Source: Octopus bimaculoides (taxonomy: Eukaryota). Taken from it: a stretch of 64,000 nt of DNA. Location of the stretch: NCBI RefSeq assembly GCF_001194135.2, contig NC_068983.1, forward strand, positions 93,702,021 through 93,766,020. The letters run 5' to 3'. Made by a program: the position numbers and the translations under genes. Of the stretch, positions 49,000 through 62,010 are shown in pieces. The number at the start of each line of letters is the position of its first letter. Position 1 is the first letter of the stretch. The notes under the pieces are model-generated. The model was not told where the DNA came from, ran no database searches, and saw only the letters and a list, made by a program, of their open reading frames with translations.

Positions 49000-49118
49000 T
49001 ATACAACATCTCTGATAAAGAGAAAAAAAGCAATAAATAATATTTCTTTTTGTTGTTGTTGATTTTCTTGTTGATAAAATAATTGTATCTTCACATCTCC
49101 AATATTCTGACATTGTAG

Positions 49119-49195
49119 GTACACCAAGAAAGTATGCACCTTGTACAAGTTACAAGCAATGTTTTGAATAAATCTGTCAACCCTGAGATTAGCCA
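49119..49195 (+). CDS. TMEM245: TMEM245 internal coding exon (phase 0 to phase 2)
   Basis: CATTGTAG| .. |GTAAGT; VHQESMHLVQVTSNVLNKSVNPEIS(Q) resembles [20 protein letters not shown]. Confidence 0.92.
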
Positions 49196-49764
49196 GTAAG
49201 TTGTCATCTTTCTTTTCTTTTTCTCTTTTTTTTATAATGTTTTCAATTTCATCTTATATTGCAACAGAGAGAAATGGATTTAATACTACCATTCCATAAA
49301 AGTAACAATAAAAAATTTTTTATTGTTAACTTCTTCAGGTCAATACAACAAGAGAAAAAAGTTTATAAATAGATAAATCAGTTCTGAGAATATTCTAGTG
49401 TGGTAGATATTTCCTTGGATGTATAATATCCTGATAGGTGTTATTGTTATTCAAATGACAATCTTTCAGATTATTAAACTTATCTTTAATAGATATATAT
49501 ATATATTCATACTTTCACTATGTCTCAGTTGGTTTAATTTCCAATCCTCAATAAGTGTCTTATTCCCAAAGATGTGTATCTATCCTAGATTGCATTTGAA
49601 CTTTTGTTTGCAACCAAAATGTACTATCATACTTATCCACTGAACATGTACCTGTAATATACGCATACCTAATGCACAGGTAGTTTAGTGAGCAAATATT
49701 CATAGCATAACCATCACTCACTAGTAAATATGACTTTGTAATATGTATCATTATTTTTTTTTAT

Positions 49765-50069
49765 GCGCCCTTTTCAAGCCTAGCCAGGCTCATGAGCCTG
49801 GTTTCCCAGTTTCTATGGCATATGTGTTCCCCCCAGCTGGACAGGGTGCCAGTCCATCACAGCATTACTCAAGAAACAGGAAGAAAGAGTGAGAGAAAGT
49901 TGGGGCGAAAGAGTACAACAGGGGTCGCCACCACCCCCCTGCTGGGGCCTCGTGGAGCTTTAGGTGTTTTCACTCAATAAACACACACAATGCCCGGTCT
50001 GAGAATCGAAACCGTGATCCTCCGACCGCGAGTCTACTGCCCTAACCACTGGGCCATTGCGCCTCCAAT
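49765..50069 (-). mobile_element. Relatively young tRNA-derived SINE (fourth family)
   Basis: Minus GGAGGCGCAATGGCCCAGTGGTTAGGGCAGTAGACTCGCGGTCGGAGGATCACGGTTTCGATTCTCAG (A and B boxes), tail GATGGACTGGCACCCTGTCCAG; GC-rich with CpGs retained. Confidence 0.8.
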
Positions 50070-50149
50070 ACGTATCATGGCTTCACTAATTGTCTTAGGT
50101 GCCTACATAGTTGCAAGTTCAGGTCCTGTTTTATGGTGGGTTTGACCTC

Positions 50150-50420
50150 AAGCAACAACATCTGAGAACAATGCCAGCAATAGCCAACAATTGAAGACCA
50201 AGTCCAACAGTGAAAAGCTGCAGTGGTTTGGCTATGTCTGCAGGATGAGCACTAAAAGGCTACAACATCAACTTTTGTAGTGACAGCAGTGTATGCACTG
50301 GAGAATCAAGTACAGCACATCAAAGAAAGCATTGGCAAAATAAATTGAAGAAGACCTGAAGTTGTGGCACCTCAACCAAGCATGCTAAGGTCAGCGCCAT
50401 GGATTGGAAACCATTGAATA
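50150..50420 (+). mobile_element. Degraded RTE-like LINE C-terminal fragment
   Basis: KLQWFGYVCRMSTKRLQHQLL (RLRWFGHVxRM motif) and IEEDLKLW. Confidence 0.6.
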
Positions 50421-51844
50421 ACATCATCACCAGAGCCTGTCATCCAACAGCATCTATAGCTGTATATTGGTTGAGAGGACAGTCTCTCCCTCTGGTCGCA
50501 CACTCATGCACACACTCATGCACACACACATACACACACACACACAACATACACACATGCGCACATATGTATGTATGTATGTCATTATTCAATTTTATTT
50601 CAAGATTTCTTGCCAATTGAGAAAGAACCATTCAGGTGCCATGCAGTTAGACTAAATCCAAAACCACACATGGTTGCAAAGCAATCTTCTTTACCACACA
50701 GCCATGAACATGGATATATATATATATAATGGAATTTCAGCTGATAATATGGAAAATTATTTTCTGTTATCTTCTTAATTTAATAGCAACATAGTAGGTT
50801 TATGTTTAAAATAACAGATACACTCAATTATCCTGTTACCTTGGAATGAAACTTGTTGATAAAATGACTTCTCTCAATCTAATAAGTAAATAAATGTCGA
50901 GCCTAGTCAAACATTTTGGAAAATAACTGAAATCAAATATGTTGCTACATAGAAGACATGAATTTTCGTAATGGATTGTAATACAGACAACCTCACTTAT
51001 AGGATCTTTGGCTTTTATTCCATTATTAAGGAAATATTTGTTTCTAGATATAGGGTCACAGTTTGTAGGGAGGTATACAGTTGATTGTATAACTAGTACC
51101 TATATAACTAGTAGCATCAAAAGGATAAAATGCAAAGTTTATCTCAGCAAGATTTGAACTCAGAACGTAAATGGAACCTGGTAAATACTAAAGGAAATGT
51201 TGTCAACCACTCTACCTGTTTGACCATTTCTCCACCATAATAATGAAAATGATTTCTAACATAACAAGGTCACTAATCTTGTAAGGAAGGGAAGGATTTT
51301 GTCAATTTAGGTCCTAGCAATTGATTATCTCATATTTTATTAACTCTGAAAAACTGAAATGATTTGAACATAGAATATCATCATCATCATCATTATCAAC
51401 ATTTAACATTCATTTTTCATGCTGGCATGAGCTGGACAGCTTTGCAGGAACTGGTAAGGCTACGAGCTTGACCAAGTTCCAGAGTCTGTTTTGGCTTAGT
51501 TTCAATGGCTGGATGCCTTTCCTAACACCAACCACTTTACAGAATGTACTGAGTGTTTTTTCATGGTATCAGCACCCATACCAATGCTTTTTACAAGGCA
51601 CCTTAGTTTTAGGATCTCAATTCTGTTATGGTGGGCAGGTATTCTCAAGTACAGAAATGCTCCATATGTCTCGGTTCTCTGTAATCTCCTTTGTAAGGTT
51701 CTGCATTTTGAGATCAGCCTTCAATACCTCATCTCATGTCTTCATGGGTCACCCTCTTTTTCGGCTTCCCTCAGAGTCCTAACTAAATACTGCAAAGAAT
51801 TTTGCCCTCAACTCTACAGACCCTGCTGATTTACCCACGAAGAT

Positions 51845-52180
51845 GCATGGCTCAGTCATTAGAGCATCAGGCTCACAATCATGAGATAGTGAATTTGATT
51901 CTTTGACTAGACTGTGTTGTGTTCTTGAGCAAGACACTTTATTTCACATTGCTCCAATTCACTCAGCTGTAGAAATGAGTTGTGACATCATTGGTGCCAA
52001 GCTGTATCAGCCTTTGCCTTTCCCTTGGATAACATTGGTGTTGTTGAGAGTGGAGGCTGGTAAGCATGGGCGACTGCTGGTCTTCCATAAACAACAATGA
52101 CCGGACTTGTGCCTCAGACAATAACTTTCTAGGTGCAATCTCATGGTCATTCATGACTGAAGTGGGTCTTCATCCTTTAC
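51845..52180 (+). mobile_element. tRNA-derived SINE (third family), near full length
   Basis: GCATGGCTCAGTCATTAGAGCATCAGGCTCACAATCATGAG..CTTGAGCAAGACACTTTATTTCAC..CATGACTGAAGTGGGTCTT..TTTACC tail. Confidence 0.8.
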
Positions 52181-52203
52181 CCTTTTATTGTAAACTCTTT
52201 CCC

Positions 52204-52351
52204 CTAAGTACTGGGAATCAATGTAATGAACTAACCCTGACCCCTCAAAACTGTTGGTGAACAACTGTTTTGAGGGGAGGGCAAGTAGATATCATCAACC
52301 CCAGTACTTGACCGGTACTTTATTTTATCAATCCCAGAGAGATGAAACAAG
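52204..52351. repeat. 148-bp segment identical to 56132-56279
   Basis: CTAAGTACTGGGAATC..GAGATGAAACAAG at both positions, offset 3928 bp. Confidence 0.95.
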
Positions 52352-52369
52352 TAAGGAGATTGTAATATA

Positions 52370-52800
52370 GGTACAGGTATGGCTGTGTGGTTAAGAAGTT
52401 TACTTCCCAGCCATGAGATTTTGGATTCAATCTCACTTCATGGTATGTTGGACAAGTGAATTCTACTATAGCCCTGGGCCAACCAAAGCCTTGTAAATGG
52501 ATTCAGTAGATGGAAATTGAAAGATGACTATCATATATATATATATGTGTGTATATGTGTGCATGTGTCTGTATCTTTGTGTGTGTTTCCCCCCCACCAC
52601 CACCACCACCACCACTTGACAGCTGGTGTTGGTGTCTTTATGTCCCTGTAACTTAGCAGCTTGGCAAAAGAGAGTGATAGAGTAAGTGCCAGACTTAAGA
52701 AAATAAGTATCAGGGTCGATTTGTTCAACTATAATTCTTCATGGTGGTGCCCCAGCCTGGCTGCTGTCTAATGACTGAAACAAGTAAACGATAAAAGATA
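52370..52800 (+). mobile_element. CORE-like SINE, near full length
   Basis: GGCTGTGTGGTTAAGAAGTTTACTTCCCAGCC..CTACTATAGCCCTGGGCCAACCAAAGCC..GTAACTTAGCAGC..ATGACTGAAACAAGTAAA. Confidence 0.8.
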
Positions 52801-52978
52801 AAGATATATATATATATATATATATATNNNNNNNNNNNNNNNNNNNNNNNNNNNNNNNNNNNNNNNNNNNNNNNNNNNNNNNNNNNNNNNNNNNNNNNNN
52901 NNNNNNNNNNNNNNNNNNNNNNNNNNNNNNNNNNNNNNNNNNNNNNNNNNNNNNNNNNNNNNNNNNNNNNNNNNNNNN

Positions 52979-53012
<34 letters not shown>

Positions 53013-54285
53013 CATCGTCGTTGTCGTCATCGTCGTCATCATCATCAGCATCATCATCGTCGTCATCATCATCAGCATCATCATCGTCGTCATCATCATC
53101 ATCAATGGTCCATTTTCCAAGCTGACATAGTTTGACAAGATCCACCAAGCTACAGGACTGTGATGCGCAGGATGTGATGTCAGCTCTGACGTGGTTTCTA
53201 CAGCTGGATGCCCTTCATAATGCCTCCACTTTACAGAATGCACTGGGTACCTTTTTTTTTTCATGCCACCTGCACTATTGAGGTTGCCAAGTAACTTGTC
53301 CTGCAAGTAACTTGCAAGACAAGAAGACAACAGGAAAAAGAGAAACACTTCCTTGACTAAATGGAGGCAGAGTATTTGAGAGGGAAAGAAGGAGCAATTG
53401 TTCTATGCCTGGTGTTGAGAGGCTAAAGTGTGATAGAGGGACAAGCCTAGATGTTTTGCTATTGAGGAGATACAAGGCTACCCTATATGAGGGAGTAGCT
53501 GGAAAGAAGATAGATAGAGATGGTGGTGATGTGATGCCAGGGCATCTTGAGATACAAGAAGATGGGCATAAAGGAATATATATAAACAGTAGATGAAGGG
53601 AGAGCAATAAAGGTAAAGGTACCCACCCCTGTGGAAGTGTGTAGCTTAGTGGTTAGGGTGTTGGATTCATGATTGTAAGATTGTGGAGAGTAATAAAGGT
53701 AAAGGTAAAATTACCTTCTTGAGTCATGCAGACCCTCAAGGGCCAGTTTCTTGGTTTCATGGGGTATAAACCTGGACAGGATGCCAGTCCATCACAGGAT
53801 TACTCATTTGGACTGGAGCGATATGAAATGAAGTGTTTTGCTCAATAACACAATGCATTGATTGATCCAGGGATCGAAACCACAATCTTACAATCATGAG
53901 TCCAACACCCTAACCACTTAGCCACACCTGGTTAGAGATAGGATAGAGGTGACTGTGGTCTGACCAAGGACAGAGGTGCAGTTGATAGGAAATACCAGTA
54001 TGGAAAGGGGAGAATGTGTGTATGTTTGTGTCTTCTCTTGACATCATATGATAGTTGTATATGAGCATCATTGTCATACAAGCTGTGTCGTTCATTTCCA
54101 GTAATCTGCAAAAATATGTCTGGTCATAGGGAATTATAATCTTGAGGGTTGGCAGCAGGAATGCCATCTTGTTCTACATAAACTTCATCTGTCTCAATAA
54201 CCTTCATCTTATCCATGCAAGCACAGAAAAGTGGACATTAAAATGATGGTGATGAATTGTAATGAATTTTTAATGTAATCAACTT

Positions 54286-54356
<71 letters not shown>

Positions 54357-54772
54357 TATATATAATCTCGCCCATGGAAAGCGGTCGTTAAACAATGATG
54401 ATAATGATGATATATATGTAGAAGATAACCTTCAAGTTAATTAATTATTATGTAGCTTTGACCTGAGAAAAATAAAAACCACCAAAATAGGAATTACAAA
54501 ACTATGCTATGATTAACTAAGATGTTTTCCATCAATTTTGTTTCTGCTGATTAAAATTTTTGTTAAGAATGCCTATTTATAAAAGTTCTTCGTCACTGAG
54601 CTGCCATTTCTAATATAAAATTAATCATTTTTTTTCCCCCTGAAATCATCTTATTTCATTCAGTCAATCAAAGAATAGAATACTGTATTTCAATGATTTA
54701 TTCTAGCATCTATTTAGACCCTTTGACTATCAACCTTACTTCTCTTAAACAAATCAATTTTTCTCACTCTAG

Positions 54773-54863
54773 ATGGCTTCCCAATGGCAATGCTATGCAA
54801 AAAGCCATGGATAGTATGGTAGCAAATGCTTATTTCTATGGAAGAGACTGGATTGCCTCAAAG
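54773..54863 (+). CDS. TMEM245: TMEM245 internal coding exon (phase 2 to phase 0)
   Basis: TTCTCACTCTAG| .. |GTAAGT; WLPNGNAMQKAMDSMVANAYFYGRDWIASK resembles [30 protein letters not shown]; completes the split Gln codon from the previous exon. Confidence 0.92.
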
Positions 54864-55845
54864 GTAAGTTCTGTAAAGATGATCTTGAGAAATGAATGCC
54901 AGATCTTTTGTCTTCTAGCAACTATGAAATAATTTAATAAATGCAGCTTAACATGCAAACCAACACCATGTGACATGTCTCAATAGGATTGCCTTTCTTT
55001 CTCTCTCTTTATTTTTTCTTTATTCCTGCCTTTTCCAGTTTCATCTAGTCTTTCCTTCTCTGTTTTTTTTCACTATCTGAAGAAGGACAATGTTCAAATC
55101 GTTATAAAAGTCTGAAAACAAGTGCATATAGTTAAAACAAACTTAGGAAAATGCTCTGGGTAGGCAAATTATTAAGACTTCCTCACTGACCTATGATGAT
55201 CCTTTTAAAAGATTAGAAATACTGGGTCTTTGAATTCACTTTTGCTATTTTTATCAAAATAATATGTTAGTTTCCTTTCAAATAATTCTTTAACACCAGA
55301 ACATAAAGATAATATTGCAAGTGAAATGTGTCACCTGTCTGAAGCAATTAGTTGGTTGAGTTTCCTGCGCTTGATAACTCAGTAGAATCAATGGCAGTTA
55401 TAAGTGAAAGAGGCATACAGACAAAAAGCAAGTTATCCAAGGACAACCTCTGTCAGTGACCTCTGATAGACAAAACACAGATGTTGTTTAGTCATAAATC
55501 AGCCCTAACTAAAAACATTGATTGTAAATCACATCTTGTTATTTTTGTTTTTATGTTCATTGCTCTCTTGCTCTCACCCTCTCTCTCTTTACCTCTCTTT
55601 ACACACACATATATATATATATATATNNNNNNNNNNNNNNNNNNNNNNNNNNNNNNNNNNNNNNNNNNNNNNNNNNNNNNAGTAAGGCACAGGCATGGCT
55701 GTGTGATAAGAAGTTTGCTTTCCAACCACATGGTTCCAGGTTCAGTCCCACTGTGTGGTCTTTGGGCAATTGTCTTCTGCTATATATCCTCAGGCTGGTC
55801 AAAACCTAGTGAGTGGATTTCAGAAACTGATACAAGCCTGTCATG

Positions 55846-55876
<31 letters not shown>

Positions 55877-56399
55877 ACTTGTTTTGATCTATGGCTCACT
55901 TCCTGGTGGAATCAGTGAAGGGAATCTTCACCTCAAAAGACAAGAACTGGTATCAGTGTGGAATCAAAGAACTGACAGAAAGGTGGCATCAGATGGTGCA
56001 ACATAATGGCCTCTACTTGGCTGCTATTGTAACTTGATGAATTAGGTGGATAAGTGACCAAAATATTGCAAAACTTAAGACTACTAATAATTGTCTTTCA
56101 TCTCGCCAGGATTGATAAAATAAAGTACCATCTAAGTACTGGGAATCAATGTAATGAACTAACCCTGACCCCTCAAAACTGTTGGTGAACAACTGTTTTG
56201 AGGGGAGGGCAAGTAGATATCATCAACCCCAGTACTTGACCGGTACTTTATTTTATCAATCCCAGAGAGATGAAACAAGGTTGATGTCAATTGAATTTGA
56301 GCTCACATGATAAAAAGCTAGAGCAAATACCACAAGGCTTACCAGCTCACCATCTTAAAGAAGACTCCCATCCCAGAGGTACCCAAAAGGTGACTAAAA

Positions 56400-57050
56400 C
56401 AATAGAATTCAAAGAGAAAAGGGAGAACAACAGAACAAATAAATGGAAAGAAATAGATTTACATGGCTGATTCATGCATCAAACTGAGGATGATAGAAGT
56501 AAAAAAACACTGGCTTTAGTTGACAGACAGGAACTTGAAATGAGAGCCTGAAGTAAAAATTATAACCACTCAGGAACAAGTCATTAGAACAAATCTTATA
56601 AAGGCAGTCAAACAGCAAATGTAGAATCTGCAGAAAAAGAGATAAAGTATCAATCACCTTTTAAGTGAGTGCAATATACCAGCACAAAAGGAATATAAAT
56701 GTAGGCATGACTGTGTAGGCAAAAGACTTATTGGGATGTTAGCCAAGTGTGTGGCTTCAAAACAATAGAAAAATGGTATGAACATGAACCAGAGACTGTG
56801 ACAGAAAATTAGAATTATAGGATCTTTTGGGACTTCCCCATTGGAGCAAGAAGACCAGATATGATTATAGAGGACAAAATAAACAAACAGTGTAAGATCA
56901 TAGATTTTGTAATCCCCTATGATAGCAAAGTCACCAGAGATATCATAATCTAGCCAGAGAGCTGAGGAGACTGTAGAAGGCAAAGACAACAAATTTTCTT
57001 GTGATAAGTGGTGCACTTGACACAACACCCAAAATGCTACATAAAAGTCT
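56400..57050 (+). mobile_element. Degraded R4/Dong-clade (RLE) non-LTR retrotransposon, fragment 1
   Basis: NKWKEIDLHG, QEQVIRTNLIK, CRICRKRD (CCHC region), ILWDFP, RRPDMII..KII D..IPYDS and VISGALDTTPK, matching the R4 C-terminal zinc knuckle plus PD-(D/E)xK endonuclease; many stops. Confidence 0.75.
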
Positions 57051-57275
57051 AATAATGGTTTCAAATTTTGCCACAAGGGCAGCAATTTTAGGATAGGGGA
57101 AGTGTTGATTACATCAACCCCAGTGTTTAAATAGTACTTATTTTATTGACCCCAAAAGAATGAAAGGCAAAGTTGACCTCAGTGGGTTTTGAACTCAGAA
57201 CGTAGCGACAGGCAAAATACTGCTAAGCATTTTGTCCAGTGTGCTAACGATTCCACCAGCTTGCCACCTTACCTA
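57050..57275 (-). mobile_element. 220-bp SINE, full length
   Basis: Minus AAGGTGGCAAGCTGGTGGAATCGTTAGCAC..GTTCTGAGTTCAAAACC..AGGTCAACTTTGCCTTTCATTC..CTTGTGGCAAAATTTGAAACC. Confidence 0.85.
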
Positions 57276-57284
57276 AAATTTTAA

Positions 57285-57313
57285 TGATGATGATGATGAT
57301 GATAATGATGATG

Positions 57314-57365
<52 letters not shown>
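57285..57365. repeat. Compound (GAT)n(AAT)n microsatellite
   Basis: Direct reading; pure (AAT)n from 57315 to 57365. Confidence 0.97.
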
Positions 57366-57367
<2 letters not shown>

Positions 57368-57368
57368 G

Positions 57369-58260
57369 TTAGAATCAAAACTGGTGAGAGTTAATATTAC
57401 CATAGCAATTATTACACAGACCATGCTAGCATTGAGATACTCTACTTTTCTTTTTTAAAAGTGGACAAAGACAAAGCTACAAGGATTAGATTAAAAAAAA
57501 AACTAGAAAGCTCTTCACAATGCAAAATACATACTTCCCTAAAGGTAGGCTCTATTTACCATAAAGGGAAGGAGGCAAAAGATTGTTAAATGCAGAAGAC
57601 ACCATCAGTGCAGCAATTTTAGGTCAGAAAACTATGTTGTGCATAAATGAAGAAAGAGTGTTTTTCTGGTGTTAGAAGTAGTCAAAGAAGTCACTGAAAT
57701 AGTGAAAGAATTCAAGAATAGAAATATGAATCGTAGGACGAGTAGCTGGAAAGCATAAGAACTACATGGCTAAATCATGCCACAAACTGAGGATGGTGAA
57801 AATGAAGAGTGGCAACTGTGGCTGAGAAATGGACATTAAAACAAGAAACTTAATTGCGAACTGTAGTCACTCAGGAGTGAATTTGATGAAGACAAAAATT
57901 AATAAAAAGTCAATCAGGAAGCAAACACAGAATATTTGGAAAAGGGGATGAAAGTATATAATGTCTTTTAAGTATTTGCAGTAAAGTAGCACAAAAAGAG
58001 TTTAAATGTAGGCATGTCTGTATTGGTAAAAGAGTGCACTGAGATGTTAACCAGATTTGTGAATTTGAAGTAGCAGAAATATGATACAAGCATGAACCAG
58101 AGGTTGTCATGGTAAATGAAAATTACAAATTTCTCCAAAGAGATTGCTCATACTATTAAAGCAAAGAGATCAGATATGATCATGGAATAGAAGAGGAAGT
58201 GTAAGATCATTGATTTTTGCAATCCCATATGATGATAGTAGAGAGGATATTAAAAGATTG
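57369..58260 (+). mobile_element. Degraded R4/Dong-clade non-LTR retrotransposon, fragment 2
   Basis: LESKL..NITIAI..ALRYS..KWTKTKLQGLD*KKTRKLFTM..RLYLP*REGGKRLL (LDRKTRK..RLYLPRKEGGRGL motif), then LHG, YKHEPEVVMVNENYK and KIIDFAIPYD. Confidence 0.8.
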
Positions 58261-58359
58261 GTAGATGGGGACTCAATAATAGGCAATAAACCCCATCATA
58301 CATACCAACTGTCATTGCTACAACAGTTATTCAGATGATCATTCTTGCATTAGTGGATA

Positions 58360-58690
58360 AGCCTTTTCTGGCACTGCATATCACCAGTGATTACTGTTCT
58401 TTGTCATCCCTTCTTAAAGATTAACATATTGAGATCAGTCTTCACTTTGTTTATGGCTCTCTAAGTATTCCCTTTCACAGAGTTCATCCTTTTCAAGTGC
58501 TTAACACTTCTTATACAACTAACATCTTTCGTACACATCACATGCTTGTAATAGTGTACCCTTCATTCTTACATACTATGTCTGTTTCCATTTATATTCA
58601 GCTTTTCTCTTATTTGTGTTCTGTTTTTCAGACCCATTAACATGTAAATCTTCCACATTCAAGGCCCAAGATATAGTATCACACTTTGTG
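58360..58690 (-). mobile_element. Degraded RTE LINE C-terminal fragment
   Basis: Minus WALNVEDL..IREKL and KVKTDLNML..MTKN resemble the RTE consensus seen at 11884. Confidence 0.55.
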
Positions 58691-61600
58691 CTGAAGCATC
58701 ATGAGAATCTGAGTTTAACTTTCTAAGAGAAACCTTTTGTTACAAGAACTATAGTAATAAATAGCTCCTTGAACTTTTCCATTCCATTCTAAGTCTGAAT
58801 TTTAAAAGAAATTAATCTACGCTGGATTGAGCTCAAAGCTCATGTCTAAGCTTAATATCATATCCACTTACACATTGAGTATCTCATATGCACACTTGTA
58901 TGTATGCACCTCACATTTGTATATACACATTCATAGTAATTTTGTTCTTGACAAAGAACTTGATCTTTTCTTCTTGTATCATTAAACATTGTTTGAGGAT
59001 ACTCATAAAGTGTGTGCATTAGTGTTTTGTTAGTGTTTTTCTCTTTCTTATACCTTAGTTTTATTTTAATCTTCTTTCTATTTCTATAAATTTCTTGCTT
59101 CTCTATCTTTCTTTTATAACACCAAAATATGTTTCCCACATAGTCAGTCATCTAAGTACAAAGCATGTTCATTATTGCTTAATATTGATTAATCTGTGAA
59201 AGGAACCAATATTTTCAAGAGATGATTAGCAGTAGTTCAAACACTAACTTATATTTATCAGATGGCTTAGATATTGAATTATCCATCAATTAATAATATT
59301 GATTTATACTATTTATGGATTAACAATGTTATTTCTAACTTGCATTGCTTAGAAAAATATTGTGAGTGTCTGAAGTTAAAAACCAACAACTCAATAATGA
59401 AATTAACAGTTTCTAATTAGTATGCTTTATTAGAAGCTAATGTTTTAACAAACTTAATTCTAACCATTATTACTGGTTCAATTTATGGTAGACCACCAGA
59501 CTCGTATGGGAAATCATGAAATAACATGTCTGATATTCTACTACTAAATCATTCTCTGGTCTTCATATTTTTATCATCATATTGTAAGCTGACTGCATGA
59601 GCTAGTTTTATTTCTGATAGAAGCCATTAGATATTGCTAAATGTTATTCTTCCCCACTCCTTATAAAATTTGTGGCCTGGTGTTTAAGTAAGAAATCAAT
59701 AATAACCCTGGAAATATTTATATCATCAATTGAATGTGATAAGCTGACATATCTTTTCTGTGTGTTTCCATTTAAGAAATGCTAATCCCATAAGCTGGTA
59801 CCTATCATTGCTTCATTTCATTAGCTGCACAGATATGAGTTGTTGAAGTAGTAATTCTCAGTCACTCTCATGTCATTACTGACATTATTAAAGTAACTTG
59901 TCTTGTTAAGCTAGAAGCTTGCTTCCTTTTGCCTCATGCCATCATGTTTGATACAAGGTTCTGGTTACTTGATATAACCAGCCCTGCACAGATTCACTTA
60001 GCCTATGCTTTAAAGAAGCCATTTCAGGTTTGCTTATTACTGCCACCAAATGCAAGAAGCTATCGTAATGGCTTCCAGAAATTTCTCAGTAACTGACATT
60101 GGATAGAATGTATAGTGTTTTTTTTTTTCTATACATCACAAAATGTTCTAAACATTAATGTAAGAATGATGTGTCTCTAGGTACTGCCTCAAGAATTACG
60201 CTGTTTGGCTTTCAATGTGAATTTTATTAAAGACCAAATAAGTATCACTATCATTTTAAAATCTATGAAAATAATTTTTCTTTACCTTATATTTGTCTCT
60301 GCATCATTAAATGCTTGGCAGCACAAAGCTGACAATTTGGTGTCTTTTGATTACCATGTCTGAATACTGAAGCACTACCTGATTAATCTCCTGCCAAGAT
60401 TAATGCCTTGTCTGATCATATTAAGTATTGATTGAATATGAAATATTACTGATAACAAAAACAAAAAATCTTCTCACAGACAAGTGGGCACACACATTTA
60501 CACATAATACGATAATATATACTCAGTCATATTACCTTATATACACCCACCATCATTGCTGTCTGTGCAAGTCAAGTTTCCATTTGCTGAAAACTAAGAA
60601 TGGTTTTATAATGATTTTGTGTATTTTTCCCCCCTCTCCTTGGTGTCATATCTTCACTGATAGATATATATCTAGCATAACTCCACTTACAATCTAAGTA
60701 AATATATGATCTCTGTTCAATAACACTTGCAAACAAAGCAGTTAGCAGATGTTCTATAAATGAAAAAAAATATAGAGAGAGAAAAAATGAAATGTTTTTA
60801 TAAAACTTCTTTTAGTGTTTTTAGATGTAAAGTTGAAGGATACTCAATTTGTATATTCTGACATTAGTTTACTGAAGAAGGAAAAAAAATATCAAAACAA
60901 CATTCCTGAAAGAAAGAGAAATGACAGGATGTTCTCAATGTTATTGATTTCTTTTGTCAATCATTATTGTAACCCAGAGCATAATCTCTCATGAAAGAAC
61001 TGGTTTCAAGAATATTTTTTTGTTATTATCTTCAAATTATTCTTCAATAATTTTGGAAATCTCTCATTCATTCTACACTTTGATACAAATCAAGTGAAAA
61101 TGAAGTAAAAACAAGGATAAATATTAAAATGTTTCTGCTAATTTCCTCTCTTCCATTTTATCTATTTATTTATTTTTTTTACCATTTTCATTTTATGATT
61201 TTTTTTCTTTTTGAAATAAATGAGGGCTGTTCAACTAATTGATTTTGACTAATTACTTAACAATTCAACCATGAAGTTGAGAAAACAGATTTAACCTTAA
61301 CTGGCTAAAATATATCTTCATTGATTTTTCAAATGTTGATTTGCTGATGCTAGTGTAATCCCGGCTGGTTTGTGGAGATTAATTCCACTTATCTGCCTAT
61401 ATTTTTGGTTGTCAATGTGTTTGTTGTCACCCAAATGATAAGTAGACAGATTCAATTAATTTTAGTACTAATTAACAGAGTTGTTAGAGCACTCAGAATG
61501 ATTTGCAGCTTCTGGCATTCTGAGTTCAAATCTCAGTCAACTTTGCCCTTCAGCCTTCCAAAAGTTCTAGTCTAGTGTGATGGACCTGCGAAATTGCAAG

Positions 61601-62010
61601 TATGTTAAGCAAGTCACCTTGAAATATTTATTCCAGTTCTCTGCATTCTGAGTTCAGATCATGCTAAGACCTGTTTATGTCGTAGATTTCATTCATTGCC
61701 TGGTTTAACACCGCCATTGCCATCATTGCCACTACCACAAACACCTGGTCCTTAGGTTCCTATAACAGAGCCCACTCTATAGTAAGCATTAAGTCAGATC
61801 TCTAATTTGAAGATGATACCTTTCTCTCTCCTTCCAACTAGTCTCATTGTCCCAATAAAAAAATCAGGGGAACTTCCCTTCTCTCCTGACTAAGTACAAA
61901 AATAAAATGTGCAGTTCACAACATCAGTTTATTTCTAGGTAAAGAGAAATAAAAAGAGTGGCATTCTAAAACATTATTATGAGAATTTAAACAATTAGAC
62001 AGTTAAACTT

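Noticed and set aside
49990-50069. tRNA gene (also other A/B-box heads and the tRNA-Trp match at 18073-18093)
   Set aside because: The heads are fused to SINE bodies and do not form a complete cloverleaf; the Trp match is only the 3' 20 nt in PBS position.
52768-53148. Poly-Asp / poly-Met ORFs
   Set aside because: Translations of an (ATC/GTC)n microsatellite tail of an RTE-type repeat plus an N-gap.
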